Shown here: positions 11,167-22,121 of the stretch, piece by piece
Position numbering within the stretch: the first letter of the stretch is position 1
How the letters are laid out: each line of letters begins with the position of its first letter
NCBI GenBank assembly: GCA_963847445.1
Contig: CAWJZV010000045.1
Location: 1 to 64,000, forward strand
Reading direction: 5' to 3'
DNA from: an uncultured delta proteobacterium
GTDB lineage: Bacteria; Desulfobacterota; Binatia; UBA9968
Length of the DNA: 64,000 nucleotides
Translations under genes and position numbers: made by a program
The notes under the pieces: model-generated
Database searches by the model: none
Told to the model about the DNA's origin: nothing
The model's input: only the letters and a program-made list of their open reading frames with translations

Positions 11167-12540
11167 GTGCGGGCCATTAAGATGATCGCACACCATATGA
11201 ATGGCGGGCTGAAAAGCGCCGCGATGCCCACATACATACCGGCTCGCGGAATTCAGCTGCAGCGCCAGTGCGCGTGCGGCGGCTCGAGCGGGCTCACCGG
11301 CAGTTGTCCAGAGTGTGAAAAGAAAGTGTTGATCGGCCCATCGTCGCAAACCAAATTGCCCATTAACCAAGCGGGCGATGGGTACGAACAGGAAGCGGAC
11401 CAGGCGGCGGATCAGGTGATGCGGATGACGGAACCTGCATCTGCGAGGGACACATCGAAGATCTCAACGTCTGCACTCGTGCAACGAAATGTCGGTGCTG
11501 GTGCTGCCGGGCCGCCGGCCGCCGCGCCGGCGATTGTTCAGGACGTGCTGTCTTCACCCGGCGAGCCGCTGAATGCAGAGACGCGGGCCTTCTTCGAGCC
11601 GCGCTTCGGTCACGACTTCAGCCGAGTGCGTGTGCACAGCGACCGGCGCGCCGCGGCATCGGCACGGGCGGTGAGTGCGTTGGCCTATACCGTGGGAGCT
11701 GATGTTTTCTTTGGCGCGGGACAATACCGAGTTAATAGCACCCAGGGGCGGCGTCTATTGGCCCATGAATTAACTCACGTCGTGCAACAAAGCGCAGCGG
11801 GCTCGTATCGAGCGCCGAGCCTGCAGCGGACGGCATCGTTCGTCAACGGTTCGATTAGCGAAACGCTAAACTTGGCTGACCGTGTTTTGAACGGCCAAAG
11901 CGCCGGAGAAACGGACTTTGTCTTGAACGGTTCAACGTTTACGCCCGTTACGACCGTGAACGATGGCGTCAAAGCGTTGCACGTGCCGCGCCTCGGCAGC
12001 TCGGCCAGCGGCCGACAGACGCGATGTTGGTTTGCCTCGGTGCCCGATAACGAAGTTAGTTTTGCCATGAGGATATTAAGTCCGGATCCATGGTCCGCCG
12101 CCACAACCAAGGCGGCGATGGGTAATTTGTTGCCAGGCTTGAGCGCCGCGTGCAGCGGCGCCGATGCGTCAACGTTCACCGTCAATGGCAGTCCGAAGAA
12201 TCAGGATCAGCGCGATCGCACGCGCGCCCATGAACAGCGTCACGCTGACGATTACCAAGTGATTCTCAATGACATCATTGCGCCCTGGGACAAGGCCGTG
12301 ACCGAAGCTCGAGCGAAACGAAAAGCAGTTGTCGATGCCGACAAAGACCAATGCAGTGCCAAGCTCTATGGCGATGCTGTGGGGCAGAACCAAAGGCCTG
12401 AGGACATCGTCACGGCGGTGATTAACAACATCAATGCCAAGGCAAGACTGTTTCATAATAGCGCGGCGGGACGCAACGTTAGACTGGCCAATCCGGCCAC
12501 AGATAGAAACTGTAACACGGTCACTATGGAGGCTCATTAG
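11167..12540 (+). CDS. DUF4157 eCIS cargo protein with C-terminal HExxH domain
   Basis: Same Cys leader. FFEPRFGHDFSRVRVH..LLAHELTHVVQQ. C-terminal RAHEQRHADDY. Start may be 11197 or 11224. Confidence 0.8.
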   Translation: MRAIKMIAHHMNGGLKSAAMPTYIPARGIQLQRQCACGGSSGLTGSCPECEKKVLIGPSSQTKLPINQAGDGYEQEADQAADQVMRMTEPASARDTSKISTSALVQRNVGAGAAGPPAAAPAIVQDVLSSPGEPLNAETRAFFEPRFGHDFSRVRVHSDRRAAASARAVSALAYTVGADVFFGAGQYRVNSTQGRRLLAHELTHVVQQSAAGSYRAPSLQRTASFVNGSISETLNLADRVLNGQSAGETDFVLNGSTFTPVTTVNDGVKALHVPRLGSSASGRQTRCWFASVPDNEVSFAMRILSPDPWSAATTKAAMGNLLPGLSAACSGADASTFTVNGSPKNQDQRDRTRAHEQRHADDYQVILNDIIAPWDKAVTEARAKRKAVVDADKDQCSAKLYGDAVGQNQRPEDIVTAVINNINAKARLFHNSAAGRNVRLANPATDRNCNTVTMEAH

Positions 12541-13675
12541 ATGAGCGTCGGACTCCACGCGGAAAGAGCGCATAGCTCAAGTTCTGGATTTACGCCGATC
12601 CATGGCGCGATGCTGCAGCGCAAGTGCGCCTGCGGCGGCTCGAGCGGACTGACTGGCAGTTGTGCCGAGTGTGAAAAGAACAAGCTGGTCGGCCAGCCGC
12701 TGCAAACGAAGCTGCGCATTAACGAACCGGGCGATCGGTATGAACAGGAAGCGGACCGGGTGGCAGAGCAGGTGATGCGCACGGCTGACTCTGAGTTCAA
12801 CTCAAGTCAGCGACAATCCAGCGCGACCGCGCAACGGCGCGTTGCCGGTGATGAACTCGCGAACCTGAATGGTTCGATGATCCAACGGGCAGAGGAGACC
12901 AGTGAGACACCGGCCGAGAGCGCTGCGCAGACTGACAGCGGGCCGGCCCCGGAGGAGGGCAGCCGTTGTCCGAGCTGGCGCGGCGATCCGGAGAGCATCA
13001 GCAAGCGGGCGGCGGAAACCTATGTGCAGAACGATATAACGCCGCCGTCGCAGGCGACGGTGGAAAAAATCGACTGCGAGCCGCCGATCGCTAACGGTAA
13101 TTATGGCTGCTACGTGCATTTCAGCGATGGCCTGGTGGTTCGCGTGATTGTCCGCGAGAAGGACATCGTCGTCGGCATGGGGCCGGGGCCGATCACGACC
13201 GAGACACCGCCGCCGGCGACGCCGCTGTGTTTCTACGATTACGCCTGTCCGGACGGGCAATCTGGTCTTAACTGTAATCGAATGTAAGAGCGCCAAGCCG
13301 GCAGCGCCGCCGGGGCCGACGCTGGTTGGGCAACGGCGCGCCGCGCCCGGCGCAAGCGCATCGCTGGACGCTCCGCCGATGGTGCACAGCGTGCTCGCTA
13401 CGCCGGGCCAGCGCCTCGACGCCGCGACGGGCGAATTTTTTTCGTCTCGTTTCGGCCACGACTTTGCCAATGTGCGCGTGCATGCGGATGCGGCTGCCGC
13501 CGAGTCGGCGCGCTCGGTGCATGCGCTGGCCTACACGGTCGGCAGCGACGTGGTTTTCGGCGCCGGTCAGTATGCGCCGGGAACCCGCGCGGGACAGCAA
13601 CTTTTGGCCCATGAGCTGGCCCACGTCGTGCAACAAAGCGGTCGCTCAGCCAGCGCCGGGCGCAAAGCCGGGTGA
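12541..13675 (+). CDS. DUF4157 eCIS cargo protein with a Cys-rich domain placed before DUF4157 (frameshift near 13260)
   Basis: Same Cys leader, then a CPSW..C..C..C..C..C domain. DUF4157 LLAHELAHVVQQ is at the C-terminus in ORF 13148-13675. Confidence 0.7.
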
Positions 13676-13723
13676 CCTTCGGGCCTGCTGCGGCGTTTTT
13701 AGTTTTAATGGAGTGTAATCATC

Positions 13724-14380
13724 ATGTCGACTTTTCCCAATTCCCCGCGCCTGCTCAAAGGCGGCCTCGTGCTCATCGATGCCGACACTTCGGCGGTGCA
13801 GCGGATAATTGTCCTGCAATACAACCCGGACACGCTGAGCCGGACGTTGCAGCCGCAAGCGGTGAAAGAGAGCGGCGACCGCGCCGAGGCGATGCGGCTC
13901 ACCGGCCCGCCGGTGGAGACCATCAAGCTCGACGCCGAGATCGACGCCACCGATCAATTGGAGTTTCCCGATCAGCATGCCAACGCGGTGCAGTTCGGCA
14001 TCCAGCCGCAGTTGGCGGCGCTGGAGACGATCCTTTATCCGGCCAGCGGTCAGTTGTTGGCGAACAATGCGCTGGCCGCGGCGGGCATGTTGGAGATCCT
14101 GCCGACGCTGTCGGCGTTGACGCTGTTTGTCTGGAGCAAGAGCCGCATCGTGCCGGTGCGCATCACCGATTTCAGCGTCACCGAGGAAGCCTTCGATACG
14201 GCGCTCAATCCGCTGCGCGCCAAAGTCAGCCTCGGCATGCGCGTGCTGAGCGTCACCGATCTCGGTTACGACAATAAGGGCGGCAGCTTATTTATGGCGT
14301 ACCAGCAGCTCAAAGAGCAGCTCGCGGCGAAAAATGGCGCCGGCGCCCTCGGCATGCTCGGTCTCGGAGGGATTCCATGA
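13724..14380 (+). CDS. eCIS tube-initiator-like protein (Afp7 N-terminal type)
   Basis: LQYNPDTLSRTL, ETIKLDAEIDATD, FVWSKSRIVPVRITDFSVTEEAFD..LNPLRAKVSL. Confidence 0.7.
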   Translation: MSTFPNSPRLLKGGLVLIDADTSAVQRIIVLQYNPDTLSRTLQPQAVKESGDRAEAMRLTGPPVETIKLDAEIDATDQLEFPDQHANAVQFGIQPQLAALETILYPASGQLLANNALAAAGMLEILPTLSALTLFVWSKSRIVPVRITDFSVTEEAFDTALNPLRAKVSLGMRVLSVTDLGYDNKGGSLFMAYQQLKEQLAAKNGAGALGMLGLGGIP

Positions 14381-14745
14381 ACGATCCAACTCAAGCGTTG
14401 CAGGCATTGCTGCAGGCGGGCGGGGCGACTTCGGCGTTTGCCGCCAACAGCCGCTATCACGCCGTCGCGACCGCCAAGCTGACCACGAGCGACGGCCGGA
14501 CGGTGGTTTATCTGCGCCGCCGCTTCGTGCCGGCGCCGGAACAGTTCAGCGTGATGCAAGAGCATTTCGTCGTGCAGGGCGATCGCTTGGATAATCTCGC
14601 CGCCAGGTATATCGGCGATCCGGAGCAGTTCTGGCGCCTGTGCGACGCCAACGGCGCCATGCGTCCGGACGAATTGGTCGAAGTCATCGGCGCGGTGATC
14701 AAGATCACCTTGCCCCAGGGAATCGCGGGATCGCAGAATGCTTAA
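14377..14745 (+). CDS. LysM/tail-X domain eCIS protein
   Basis: HFVVQGDRLDNLAARYIGDPEQFWRLCDAN. Confidence 0.8.
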   Translation: MNDPTQALQALLQAGGATSAFAANSRYHAVATAKLTTSDGRTVVYLRRRFVPAPEQFSVMQEHFVVQGDRLDNLAARYIGDPEQFWRLCDANGAMRPDELVEVIGAVIKITLPQGIAGSQNA

Positions 14746-15870
14746 AGGCGTTACCCTGCAACTTTACCTCGGCCCGCTGGTGCCGGTGCCGGCGCCCAAG
14801 GTCGTGATGGACGCGTTGACCGAACTGTCGGTGACCGTCAACGACGTCGGCGCCAGCGGCTTTCAGATGTCGTTTACGCTCGACAATCGCTCGCCGCTGC
14901 ACACACTTGTTTCTCTTGAGCGGCGGCGCGCCGATCCCGATCATGCGTGTCGTCATCGTGGTCATCGTCAGCGGCACGCCGCATGTGTTGATGGACGGCG
15001 TGGTGACCCATCAGCAAATCCTCCCCGGCCGCGACCCCGGCAGTTCGACGCTGTCGATTACCGGTGACGACCTGACGGTGTTGATGGACAAGATCGATTT
15101 CAGCGGCTTTCCGTTTCCGGCGACGCCGGCGGAAGGACGGGTGGCGCTGATCCTGCTCAAGTACGCTTTTCTCGGGCTGATCCCATTGATCATTCCCAGC
15201 GTATTGATCGACGTGCCGATTCCGACCACGCGCATTCCGGCGCAAAAGGGCACCGACCTCGGCTTATATCAAAGAGCTGGCCGACAACGTCGGCTACGTT
15301 TTCTATCTCGATCCCGGCCCGGCGCCGGGCACCAACGTCGCCTACTGGGGGCCGCAGATCAAAGTCGGCGCGGTGCAGAAGGCGCTCAACATCAATATGG
15401 ACGTTCATACCAACGTCGAGTCGCTGACGTTTTCCTTCAACAATCATCAGAACGGCATCCCGACGGTTTTTTATTACGAAGAACTGACCAAGGCGATCAT
15501 TCCGATACCGATCCCGCCGATCACGCCGCTCAATCCGCCGTTGGGTCTGATCCCGCCGATCCCGACCAAGCTGACGCCGGCAAGCAATGACTTGGCCAAG
15601 CGCTCGATCCCGCAGGGCGTGATGATCGGCCTGGCCAAGGCGTCGCAGTGGGCCGACGCCGTCACCGGCAAGGGCGAGCTCGATGTCTTGCGCTACGGCA
15701 GCGTGCTCAAGGCGCGCCAACTGGTCGGCGTGCGCGGCGCCGGGCTGGCCTATGACGGACTGCATTACGTCAAGAGCGTGACGCACAAGATCAAAGCAGG
15801 GGAGTACAAGCAGAGTTTCGAGCTGAGCCGCAACGGTCTGATTTCAACCCTGTCGCAGGTGGCCGCATGA
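14738..15870 (+). CDS. Baseplate hub, phage late-control D/gp27-like (2 frameshifts)
   Basis: Spread over ORFs 14738, 14907 and 15373. GELDVLRYGSVLKARQLVGVRGAG..YDGLHYVKSVTHKI. Lies directly before the gp5-like gene. Confidence 0.7.
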
Positions 15871-16433
15871 ACGACGGCAAGATGACCCGCTACTACGGCA
15901 AGTATCGCGGCACCGTGATCAACAATCTCGATCCCGAGCAGCGCGGCCGCATCCAGGCGCTGGTGCCGGACGTGCAAGGCATCATACCGATGACTTGGGC
16001 GCTGCCATGCGTGCCCATCGCCGGCAAACAGGAAGGTGTTTACATGGTGCCGCAGATCGGCGCCGGGGTGTGGATCGAGTTCGAGCAGGGCGATCCGGAT
16101 TATCCGATCTGGGTCGGCGGTTTTTGGGGCTCGGCGGCCGAGTTGCCGCCGGCCGCCTTGGCGCCGCCGCCGATTCCGCCGGGACAGACGATCGTCATTC
16201 AGACGACGTTGCAGAACTCGATCATGATCAGCGATGCCGTGCCGATCCCGATGCAGGCACCGGTGCCGGCGCCGGCGCCGCCGGGCACCGGCGGCATCGT
16301 GCTGCGCAGCCCGAGCGGCGCCATGATCGTCGTCAACGACACCGGCATCTACATCAACAATGGCAAAGGCGCGTCCGTCGATTTGATGGGACCGAGCGTG
16401 ATGATCAACAAAGTCGCATTGGTGGTGACGTGA
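15867..16433 (+). CDS. Baseplate assembly protein V / gp5 OB-fold spike
   Basis: YYGKYRGTV.NNLDPEQRGRIQALVP..WALPC..PQIGAGVWIEFEQGDPDYPIWVG. Confidence 0.88.
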   Translation: MNDGKMTRYYGKYRGTVINNLDPEQRGRIQALVPDVQGIIPMTWALPCVPIAGKQEGVYMVPQIGAGVWIEFEQGDPDYPIWVGGFWGSAAELPPAALAPPPIPPGQTIVIQTTLQNSIMISDAVPIPMQAPVPAPAPPGTGGIVLRSPSGAMIVVNDTGIYINNGKGASVDLMGPSVMINKVALVVT

Positions 16434-16463
16434 TTCTAATAAACGCGCGGAAGATAAATTAAC

Positions 16464-16784
16464 ATGCCGGGCTTTCTCTTACATGCCGGCGCCACGGTGA
16501 TGTGCGCTCACGGCGGCCAGGCGCAGCCGACGGCAACCTTCGCGCGGGTGTTGGTCAACGGCATGGCGGTGACGACGCTGCCGGCGCCTTATGTCGTCGC
16601 CGCTTGTCCGTTCGTGCCGCCGGGCGGCAACGGCCCCTGTGTCAGCGCCCAATGGCTTGTCGGCGCGACCCGCGTGCTCGCCGGCGGCATGCCGGTGCTG
16701 TTGCAATCGAGCCAGGCGATCTGCGCGCCCACCGGCACGCCGGTGAATATTATCTTGACGCAAACCAGAGTGAGCGGATTATGA
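16464..16784 (+). CDS. PAAR-like spike tip protein (DUF4280-like)
   Basis: GATVMCAHGG, C..PC..W..GATRV..GMPVLL..C. Lies between spike and gp25. Confidence 0.75.
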   Translation: MPGFLLHAGATVMCAHGGQAQPTATFARVLVNGMAVTTLPAPYVVAACPFVPPGGNGPCVSAQWLVGATRVLAGGMPVLLQSSQAICAPTGTPVNIILTQTRVSGL

Positions 16785-17149
16785 GCCAGCTCGACTATCC
16801 ATTTCATTTCGATTCGCGCGGGCGCACGGCGGAGAGCGGTGACGACGCCCATATCCGCGACCTGATCGAACAGGTGCTGTTCACCGCGCCGGGCGAGCGG
16901 GTCAACCGGCCCAGCTTCGGCAGCGGTTTGATGCAGCTGGTCTTCGCCCCCAACAGCGATACCTTGGCGGCGACCACGCAGTTTCTCGTCCAAGGCGCGC
17001 TGCAGCAATGGCTCGGCGATCTGATCGTCGTCGAATCGGTGCAGGTCGAGGCCGACGACGGCACGCTGCGGGTGGCGATTCAGTACTTGACACGGCGCAC
17101 GCAGTCGCGGCAAACCGCCCAGTTCAGCCGGGCCGGGAGCGGCCTATGA
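16781..17149 (+). CDS. GPW/gp25 baseplate wedge (sheath initiator)
   Basis: HIRDLIEQVLFTAPGERVNRPSFGSGL..LVFAPN. Confidence 0.9.
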   Translation: MSQLDYPFHFDSRGRTAESGDDAHIRDLIEQVLFTAPGERVNRPSFGSGLMQLVFAPNSDTLAATTQFLVQGALQQWLGDLIVVESVQVEADDGTLRVAIQYLTRRTQSRQTAQFSRAGSGL

Positions 17150-19644
17150 TTTATTTTTGCTGCGATCAGCGCCGGCGCAACGATCTGGCCGGCAGCGCCT
17201 TCAACGGCATCGATTATCTCGAAGTGCTCGACCATGAGATCGCGCAGAGCGATCCGGCCAATCGGCAGAAAAAACTGGTCGTCCATTTCATCAATGACCT
17301 GGCAGCCGGCGCGCTCGATAAGCCAAACATTCTTATCGAAGGCGGCGAGCGTGTACCCGGCATCTTTGGCGGCATCTTCGCCATTAACGTCGCCGTCGAT
17401 GTTCAAGATGCCAAACTGCTGAATATCGAGCTCAATCGGTACGGCGATTTCTCCATCTATACTTTGCGCCTGGTGCAAAACCCACAGAACCTGGCGCCGC
17501 CGACGATTATCGATCCGCTGTTCGCCGCCGTGGATTTTTCTTTCAAGGTCGACTGCCCGAGCGATTTCGATTGCCAGCCGCGCTGCGATTGTCCGGCCGC
17601 GCCGCCCGAGGAGCCCGAAATCAACTATCTGGCCAAGGACTACGGCAGCTTTCGCCGCTTGATGCTCGACCGCATGGCGGCGCTGATGCCGCAGTGGCGC
17701 GAGCGCAACCCCGCCGATCTCGGCGTGGCGTTGGTCGAAATGTTGGCCTATGTCGGCGACCATTTGAGCTATCAGCAGGATGCGGTGGCGACCGAAGCCT
17801 ATCTCGGCACGGCGCGCCGGCGCGTCTCGGTGCGCCGTCACGCCAAGCTGGTCGATTACCATATGCATGACGGCTGCAACGCGCGCGCCTGGGTGCAGGT
17901 GCGGTTGCAAGCCGGCGCCGCTGCGACGATCGCGCCTGGGGATACGCAGTTCTTCACGCGGATTGCCGACCAGCCCACGGTGCTGCCGGATGACCCGCAG
18001 CTGCGCGCCCAGGCGCAGGCGATCTTCGAGCCGATGGAAACGGTCAGCCTGTTCGCCGATCACAATAAATTTGAGCTTTACACGTGGAGCGATCAGCGCT
18101 GCTGTCTGCCCAAGGGCGCGACCAGTGCGACGCTCAAAGATTTTCACCCTGATCTCAAGCCGGGTCATGTTTTGATCTTCGAAGAGGTGCTCAATCCTCA
18201 CACCGGCGGGAGCAAGGATGCCGATCCAAAGCATCGTTGGGCTGTGCGGCTCGTCAACGTTCAAGCGCGCGACGAAAATAATCAACCGCTGCGCGATCAG
18301 CTCACTAATCAACAAATCACCCAGATCGCTTGGGCCGATGCCGATGCCTTGGCATTTCCCTTTTGTCTGTCGGCGCAGACCGACAAGAGCCATGGCGCGC
18401 AGTTCATCGACAACGTCACGGTGGTGCGCGGCAATATCGTCTTGGCGGATCATGGCGCGACGATCGGCGGCGAAGAGCTCGGCAGTGTCGGTGCGGCGTT
18501 GCCGGTGGCGCCGTCGAGCACCGGCTGCGAGCGCTGCGCTGCGCCGGACCTCGAGCCGCTCGCGCCGCGCTTCCGGCCCACCCTCGCCCAGCGGCCGCTG
18601 ACCTTCGCCGCGCCATATGACCAGAGCGGCGCGGCCAGCGCGGCGATGGTCTGGTCGGAACGCGCCGCCGAAGCGCAGATCACACTTACCGGTGTCGACA
18701 AAGGCGATCCAACGCCTTGGCAAGCGCGCGCGGATTTACTGCAAAGCGCTGCGGATGACAACCACTTCGTGGTCGAGATCGAAAGCGACGGCCAGGCGCA
18801 GCTGCGCTTCGGCGACGATACGCTTGGGCGGCGCCCCAAGTCGGACAGTGAATTTACCGCCGACTATCGGATCGGCAACGGCGCCGCCGGCAATATCGGC
18901 GCCGAAGCGCTGGCCCATGTGCACACCGGTAACGCGCTGTTGGCCGCGGCGATCAGCGAGATCGGCAATCCGCTGGCGGCCCGGGGCGGCGTCGAGCCGG
19001 AGACCATGGAGCAAGTGCGCGCCTACGCGCCGGCAGCCTATCGCACCCAGAAGCGCGCCGTCACCGAAGCCGACTACGCGGCGGTGGCCGGTCGCCATCC
19101 GGGCGTGCAGCGCGCGCTCGCGACGTTTCGTTGGACCGGCAGCTGGCACACGGTCTTTATCACCGTGGATCGTCAGCAGGGCAAGCCGGTGGACGGCGCC
19201 TTCGAAGCCTCGGTGCGCCGGTTTGTCGAACCTTTTCGCATGGCGGGTCATGACATCGAAGTCGACGGACCGCTGCCGGTGTCGTTGGAAATCGCCATGC
19301 ACGTGTGCGCCGATCCGGCCTACTTCCGCGCCGACGTCAAGCGCGAGTTGCTGGAATTGTTCAGCACGCGGGAGTTCGCCGACGGCCGGCTTGGTTTGTT
19401 CCATCCGGATAACTTCACTTTCGGACAAACGGTTTATTTAAGCCCATTAATCGCCGCGGCGCAGGCGGTGGCAGGCGTGACCTCGGTGCAGATCGATAAA
19501 TTCCAACGCCAAGGCAGGCCCGACAACAAGCCGCTCGCCGCCGGCAAGCTGGAATTGGGCCGTTTGGAAATCGCCCGCTGCGACAATGATGGCAATTTCC
19601 CCGAGCATGGCGTTTTCAATCTCAGCGTCGGAGGTGGCAAGTGA
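17146..19644 (+). CDS. Baseplate J/gp47-like protein 1 (Afp11-like)
   Basis: INYLAKDYGSFRRLMLD, ADLGVALVE..YQQDAVATEAYLGTARRR.SV, LRFGDD..GRRP, RAVTEADY. Confidence 0.88.
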   Translation: MIYFCCDQRRRNDLAGSAFNGIDYLEVLDHEIAQSDPANRQKKLVVHFINDLAAGALDKPNILIEGGERVPGIFGGIFAINVAVDVQDAKLLNIELNRYGDFSIYTLRLVQNPQNLAPPTIIDPLFAAVDFSFKVDCPSDFDCQPRCDCPAAPPEEPEINYLAKDYGSFRRLMLDRMAALMPQWRERNPADLGVALVEMLAYVGDHLSYQQDAVATEAYLGTARRRVSVRRHAKLVDYHMHDGCNARAWVQVRLQAGAAATIAPGDTQFFTRIADQPTVLPDDPQLRAQAQAIFEPMETVSLFADHNKFELYTWSDQRCCLPKGATSATLKDFHPDLKPGHVLIFEEVLNPHTGGSKDADPKHRWAVRLVNVQARDENNQPLRDQLTNQQITQIAWADADALAFPFCLSAQTDKSHGAQFIDNVTVVRGNIVLADHGATIGGEELGSVGAALPVAPSSTGCERCAAPDLEPLAPRFRPTLAQRPLTFAAPYDQSGAASAAMVWSERAAEAQITLTGVDKGDPTPWQARADLLQSAADDNHFVVEIESDGQAQLRFGDDTLGRRPKSDSEFTADYRIGNGAAGNIGAEALAHVHTGNALLAAAISEIGNPLAARGGVEPETMEQVRAYAPAAYRTQKRAVTEADYAAVAGRHPGVQRALATFRWTGSWHTVFITVDRQQGKPVDGAFEASVRRFVEPFRMAGHDIEVDGPLPVSLEIAMHVCADPAYFRADVKRELLELFSTREFADGRLGLFHPDNFTFGQTVYLSPLIAAAQAVAGVTSVQIDKFQRQGRPDNKPLAAGKLELGRLEIARCDNDGNFPEHGVFNLSVGGGK

Positions 19645-22121
19645 GCAACCCGGCCCTGGTATCGCTGCATGGCCTGGGGCAGTGCGGCTGCTGCACCGGC
19701 GTGACTCAAAGCACTCCCGGCGCGCTGTTCAACCGGCCCGGACTGTCGGCGCTGGCATACCGCATCGGCACTCATAGCGCATTCAAACAGAGCTTCCTGG
19801 CGGCCTTGTCGCGCGCCGAGTTTTCGGCGTTGCAGCAACTGCGCAGCCGCGCCGATGACGATTTCACCATCGCGCTGCTCGACGCCGCGGCGACCATGGC
19901 CGATGTGCTGACGTTTTACCAAGAACGCATGGCTGACGAGGCGTTTCTGCGCACCGCCGGCGAGCGCCGCTCGGTCTTGGAATTGGCCCGGCTGATCGGC
20001 TACGAACTTCATCCCGGCGTGGCGGCGAGCGCGGTGCTGGCGTTTTCTCTAGACACCGCGCCAGGCGCGCCGGCGCAGACATATATAGACGCCGGCACCC
20101 GGGTGCAGAGCATTGCCGGCCCGAACGAAAAACCGCAGACCTACGAGACCATCGAAAAGGTTGAAGCGCGGGTCGCGTGGAACGCGCTGACGGCGCAGCG
20201 CACCGAGGTGCATGTTCCGCTATTCGGCGACCGCTTTCTGTATCTCAAGGGTATCGCTACCAATCTCAGAGCGGGGGATGCGATCTTGCTCGTCGGCAAA
20301 GAACGAGAAGACAATCCGGGCCGGGAGGAATGGGACTTCCGCCGGATCAGCGCGGTTGAAGCCGACGCAGAAGGGAATCGCACGCGCATCGAATGGGTCG
20401 AGGGTTTGGGCACGACTTCGCCGCACAGAGTGTTGCCGGCGGCGGCAACCGAAGATCTACGCGTTAAGAACTCGGGCCGGGTTGTTCGGCTTCAATGCGC
20501 CAAATCCAAAAACGCTGTCGAATGAGACGCTGGGGCATTACAACCAGTTGGTCAGCAGTGACTGGCCCTTCTCCATCTCCAACCAGACCATCGATTTGGA
20601 TACAACCTATCCAGCGGTACTTGAGAAGAGTTGGCTGGTGCTGTCCAAGCCAACCTATCAAGAACTCTACCGCGCCAGCAAAGTGGTCGAAGCGTCGCAG
20701 GCGAATTTTACCGTCAGCGGCAAAACCACGCGCATCACTTTGGACACCGACGAGCATTTGGATTTCTTCGACGGACTCGAGCTATCGCGACACGCTGGTG
20801 TTCGCCCAGAGCGAGTTGCTGGAGATCGCCGAGTTCCCGCTGAGCCGAGCCGATCACTGGCACGAAGGTTAAACTCGCCAAAGTCGCCGATGGCATCAAT
20901 ATCGGCCAACTGCTCGCGGCCTCGGGCAAAGACGTTGCGACTGGCGAGACCATCCAGGAAGTGGTGCGGATCAACGCGATCTCCGGCACGCAGATCACGG
21001 TGACGCCGCCGCTGGCGCATCGCTACGAGCGTGGGAGTTTTTCCTTCAACGCCAATCTCGCGCACGCCACCCACGGCGAGACCGTCGAGGAGATCCTCGG
21101 TTCCGGCGATGCCAGCCAAGGGTTCCAGAAGTTTCATTTGAAACAGCCGCCGCTGACCTATGTCAGCGCGAGTAATCCGAGCGGCGCGGCGTCGACCCTT
21201 GAAGTGCGGGTGAACGACGTGCGTTGGGATGAGGCCGAGACGTTTTTCGAGCGCGCGCCCAAGGAGCATGTTTTTATCAGCCGGCGCGACGATGACGGCA
21301 AGACCGGCGTGCAATTCGGCGACGGCAAGAGCGGCGCGCGCTTGCCGAGCGGGGCGAACAACCTGCGCGCCAAGTATCGCAAGGGCATCGGCATCGAAGG
21401 GCTGGTCAAAGCCGGACAGTTGAGCATGCTGCTGTCGCGCCCATTGGGCGTCAACGGCGTAACCAATCCGCTCGCCGCCAGCGGCGCGCAGGACCCCGAA
21501 CAAATCGACGACGCGCGCGCCAACGCGCCGCTGCGCGTGCTCACCCTGGAGCGAGTGGTGTCGCTGCGCGACTACCAGGACTTTGCCCGCGCCTTCGGCG
21601 GCGTCGCCAAAGCTTTGGCGAGCTGGAGCTGGGATGGTCGCAACCGCGCTGTCTTGGTGACGGTGGCGGGGCCGGCGGGAGCGCCGATCCTGCCGGATAG
21701 CGCGACCTACCAGAACTTGCTCAAAGCGCTGCGCGCCGCCGGCGATCCGTTCGTGGCGCTGAGCGTGAAGACGTACCGCCCGGCCTTTTTCCGCTTCGCC
21801 GGCAAGGTCAAGATCGATCCTGCCTATGAGCCGGAGCTGGTGCTGGCCCAAGTCGAGCTGGCGCTACGCGACGGATTTTCTTTCGCCCACCGCGAATTCG
21901 CCCAGCCGGTGATGCGTAGCGAAGTGATCGCCGCGATGCAATCGGTCGCCGGCGTCATCGCGGTCGACGTCGATAAACTTTATCGCAGCGACAAGGCCGC
22001 GACCCTGGAGCAGCGCTTGCTCGCCGAAGCGCCGGTGACGGCGGCGAACGGCGCGTTGCAGGCGGCGGAGCTGCTGACGCTGGACGCCGTGCCGCTCGAT
22101 CAACTGGGAGTGATGGCATGA
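19641..22121 (+). CDS. Baseplate J-like protein 2 (about 3 frameshifts)
   Basis: DDFTIALLDA..DVLTFYQER.A.E.FLRTA.ERRSV, VQFGDGKSGARLPSG, RVVSLRDYQDFARAF. Confidence 0.85.

Noticed and set aside
17080-21851. Long antisense ORFs (547 aa, 394 aa and others) opposite the baseplate genes
   Set aside because: Shadow ORFs expected from GC-rich codon bias, with no recognisable motifs.
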